Positions 63,151 through 64,000 of a stretch of DNA of 64,000 bases are shown piece by piece. The stretch lies in the NCBI GenBank assembly GCA_963845535.1, contig CAWJSK010000019.1, positions 192,001-256,000 on the forward strand. Direction: 5' to 3'. Under the pieces are notes generated by a model. It had not been told where the DNA came from. It searched no databases and saw only the letters and a list, made by a program, of their open reading frames with translations. How positions within the stretch are numbered: position 1 is the stretch's first letter; each line of letters opens with the position of its first letter. The translations under genes and the position numbers were made by a program. The stretch comes from an uncultured Spirochaetota bacterium. Its GTDB lineage: Bacteria > Spirochaetota > Spirochaetia > SZUA-6 > Fen-1364.

Positions 63151-64000
63151 GCAATGAGAACAAAATGTCGGAACCGATCCAGGTATCGATATCCGAGCTC
63201 TCCAAACGGGGCTACCAGCTCCTCAAGGAGGACCATATTGCAGAGGCTGAGGAGAACTTCCGCCGTATCCTGGAAGTGGAGCCTCAGAACAACTACGCTC
63301 TTGTCGGCATGGGGGACGCCGCGCGCAAGCGCAAGTCCTACCATGAGGCCATCCGATATTACGAGGAATGCCTCGGCTACCACGTGGGCAACAAGTATGC
63401 GCTGGTCGGGCTTGCTGACAGCTACCGTTCCCTGAAGCAGTTCCACCGGGCCATCGAGATTTGGGAGAAGTACCTCGCCCAGGGAGACAGTGACGTGACG
63501 GTGCTCACCCGCATTGCGGACGCGTACCGCAAAGTGCTGGACTTCAACAGGTCCAAGGAGATCTACCACAAGATCCTGGAGATAGACCCCGGAAATCCCT
63601 ACGCGCTCACCGGCTTGGGCTACCTCCACTTCGATCTCAAGGAATACCGGGAAGCGCTCACCTACTGGGAGCGCATGCATGAGAAGGACCCCAAGAACAT
63701 CTGGGTGCTCACCTCCATCGGCAACTGCTATCGCAAGCTGAAGACCTATGAGAAGGGGATCCCGTACTTCAAGAAGGCCCTGGAGATCCAGCCCAACAAC
63801 TTCTACGCGCTCTTCGGGCTCGCGGACTGCTACCGCGGGATGAACGACCCGCAGGAATCGCTGTTCTACTGGCAGAAGATCCTTGCCGCGGATCCCGACA
63901 ACAAGGTCATCCTCACCCGGATCGGGGACTCGTACCGCGCCATGAATGACCTGGACACGGCCAAGGATTTCTACAGCAAGGCTTTGAACATCGAGTTCGA
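63147..64000 (+). CDS. TPR repeat protein (truncated by window edge)
   Basis: Open frame from ATG 63147 (MSNENKMSEPIQ...) with repeated NNYALVGMGD, NKYALVGLAD, NPYALTGLG, NFYALFGLAD TPR units. Confidence 0.9.
   Translation, partial: MSNENKMSEPIQVSISELSKRGYQLLKEDHIAEAEENFRRILEVEPQNNYALVGMGDAARKRKSYHEAIRYYEECLGYHVGNKYALVGLADSYRSLKQFHRAIEIWEKYLAQGDSDVTVLTRIADAYRKVLDFNRSKEIYHKILEIDPGNPYALTGLGYLHFDLKEYREALTYWERMHEKDPKNIWVLTSIGNCYRKLKTYEKGIPYFKKALEIQPNNFYALFGLADCYRGMNDPQESLFYWQKILAADPDNKVILTRIGDSYRAMNDLDTAKDFYSKALNIEF

Overview
GC-rich chromosomal segment that is mostly core genome and probably comes from a free-living, anaerobic Spirochaetia-like bacterium. The taxonomy is inferred from the fliS-ORF-polA-coaE-SPOR gene order, the long Prs and several spirochaete-type hypothetical proteins. 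About 50 CDS cover the PEP node (PPDK, GTP-PEPCK and a divergent PEPCK-like enzyme), nitrogen uptake (sigma54 activator-amt-PII), glycogen and sugar metabolism, shikimate/His/Cys enzymes, MurD, PolA, DinB, chemotaxis and flagellar chaperones, BshA, and AAA/TPR proteins. I saw no rRNA, tRNA, CRISPR array, transposase or integrase. Five genes are split by single-base frameshifts, mostly at G/C runs, which are probably assembly errors. Most notable: (1) an AnfA/VnfA-like activator with two TAC-N6-GTA palindromes at its own promoter, next to a perfect sigma54 promoter for amt-glnK; (2) a back-to-back pair of different PEPCKs; (3) PPDK with a histone-H1-like tail; (4) many apparently leaderless promoters; (5) an orphan PD-(D/E)XK-like gene inserted between polA and coaE; (6) a dispersed REP-like hairpin. 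All calls are by eye and motif recall; no database searches were run.
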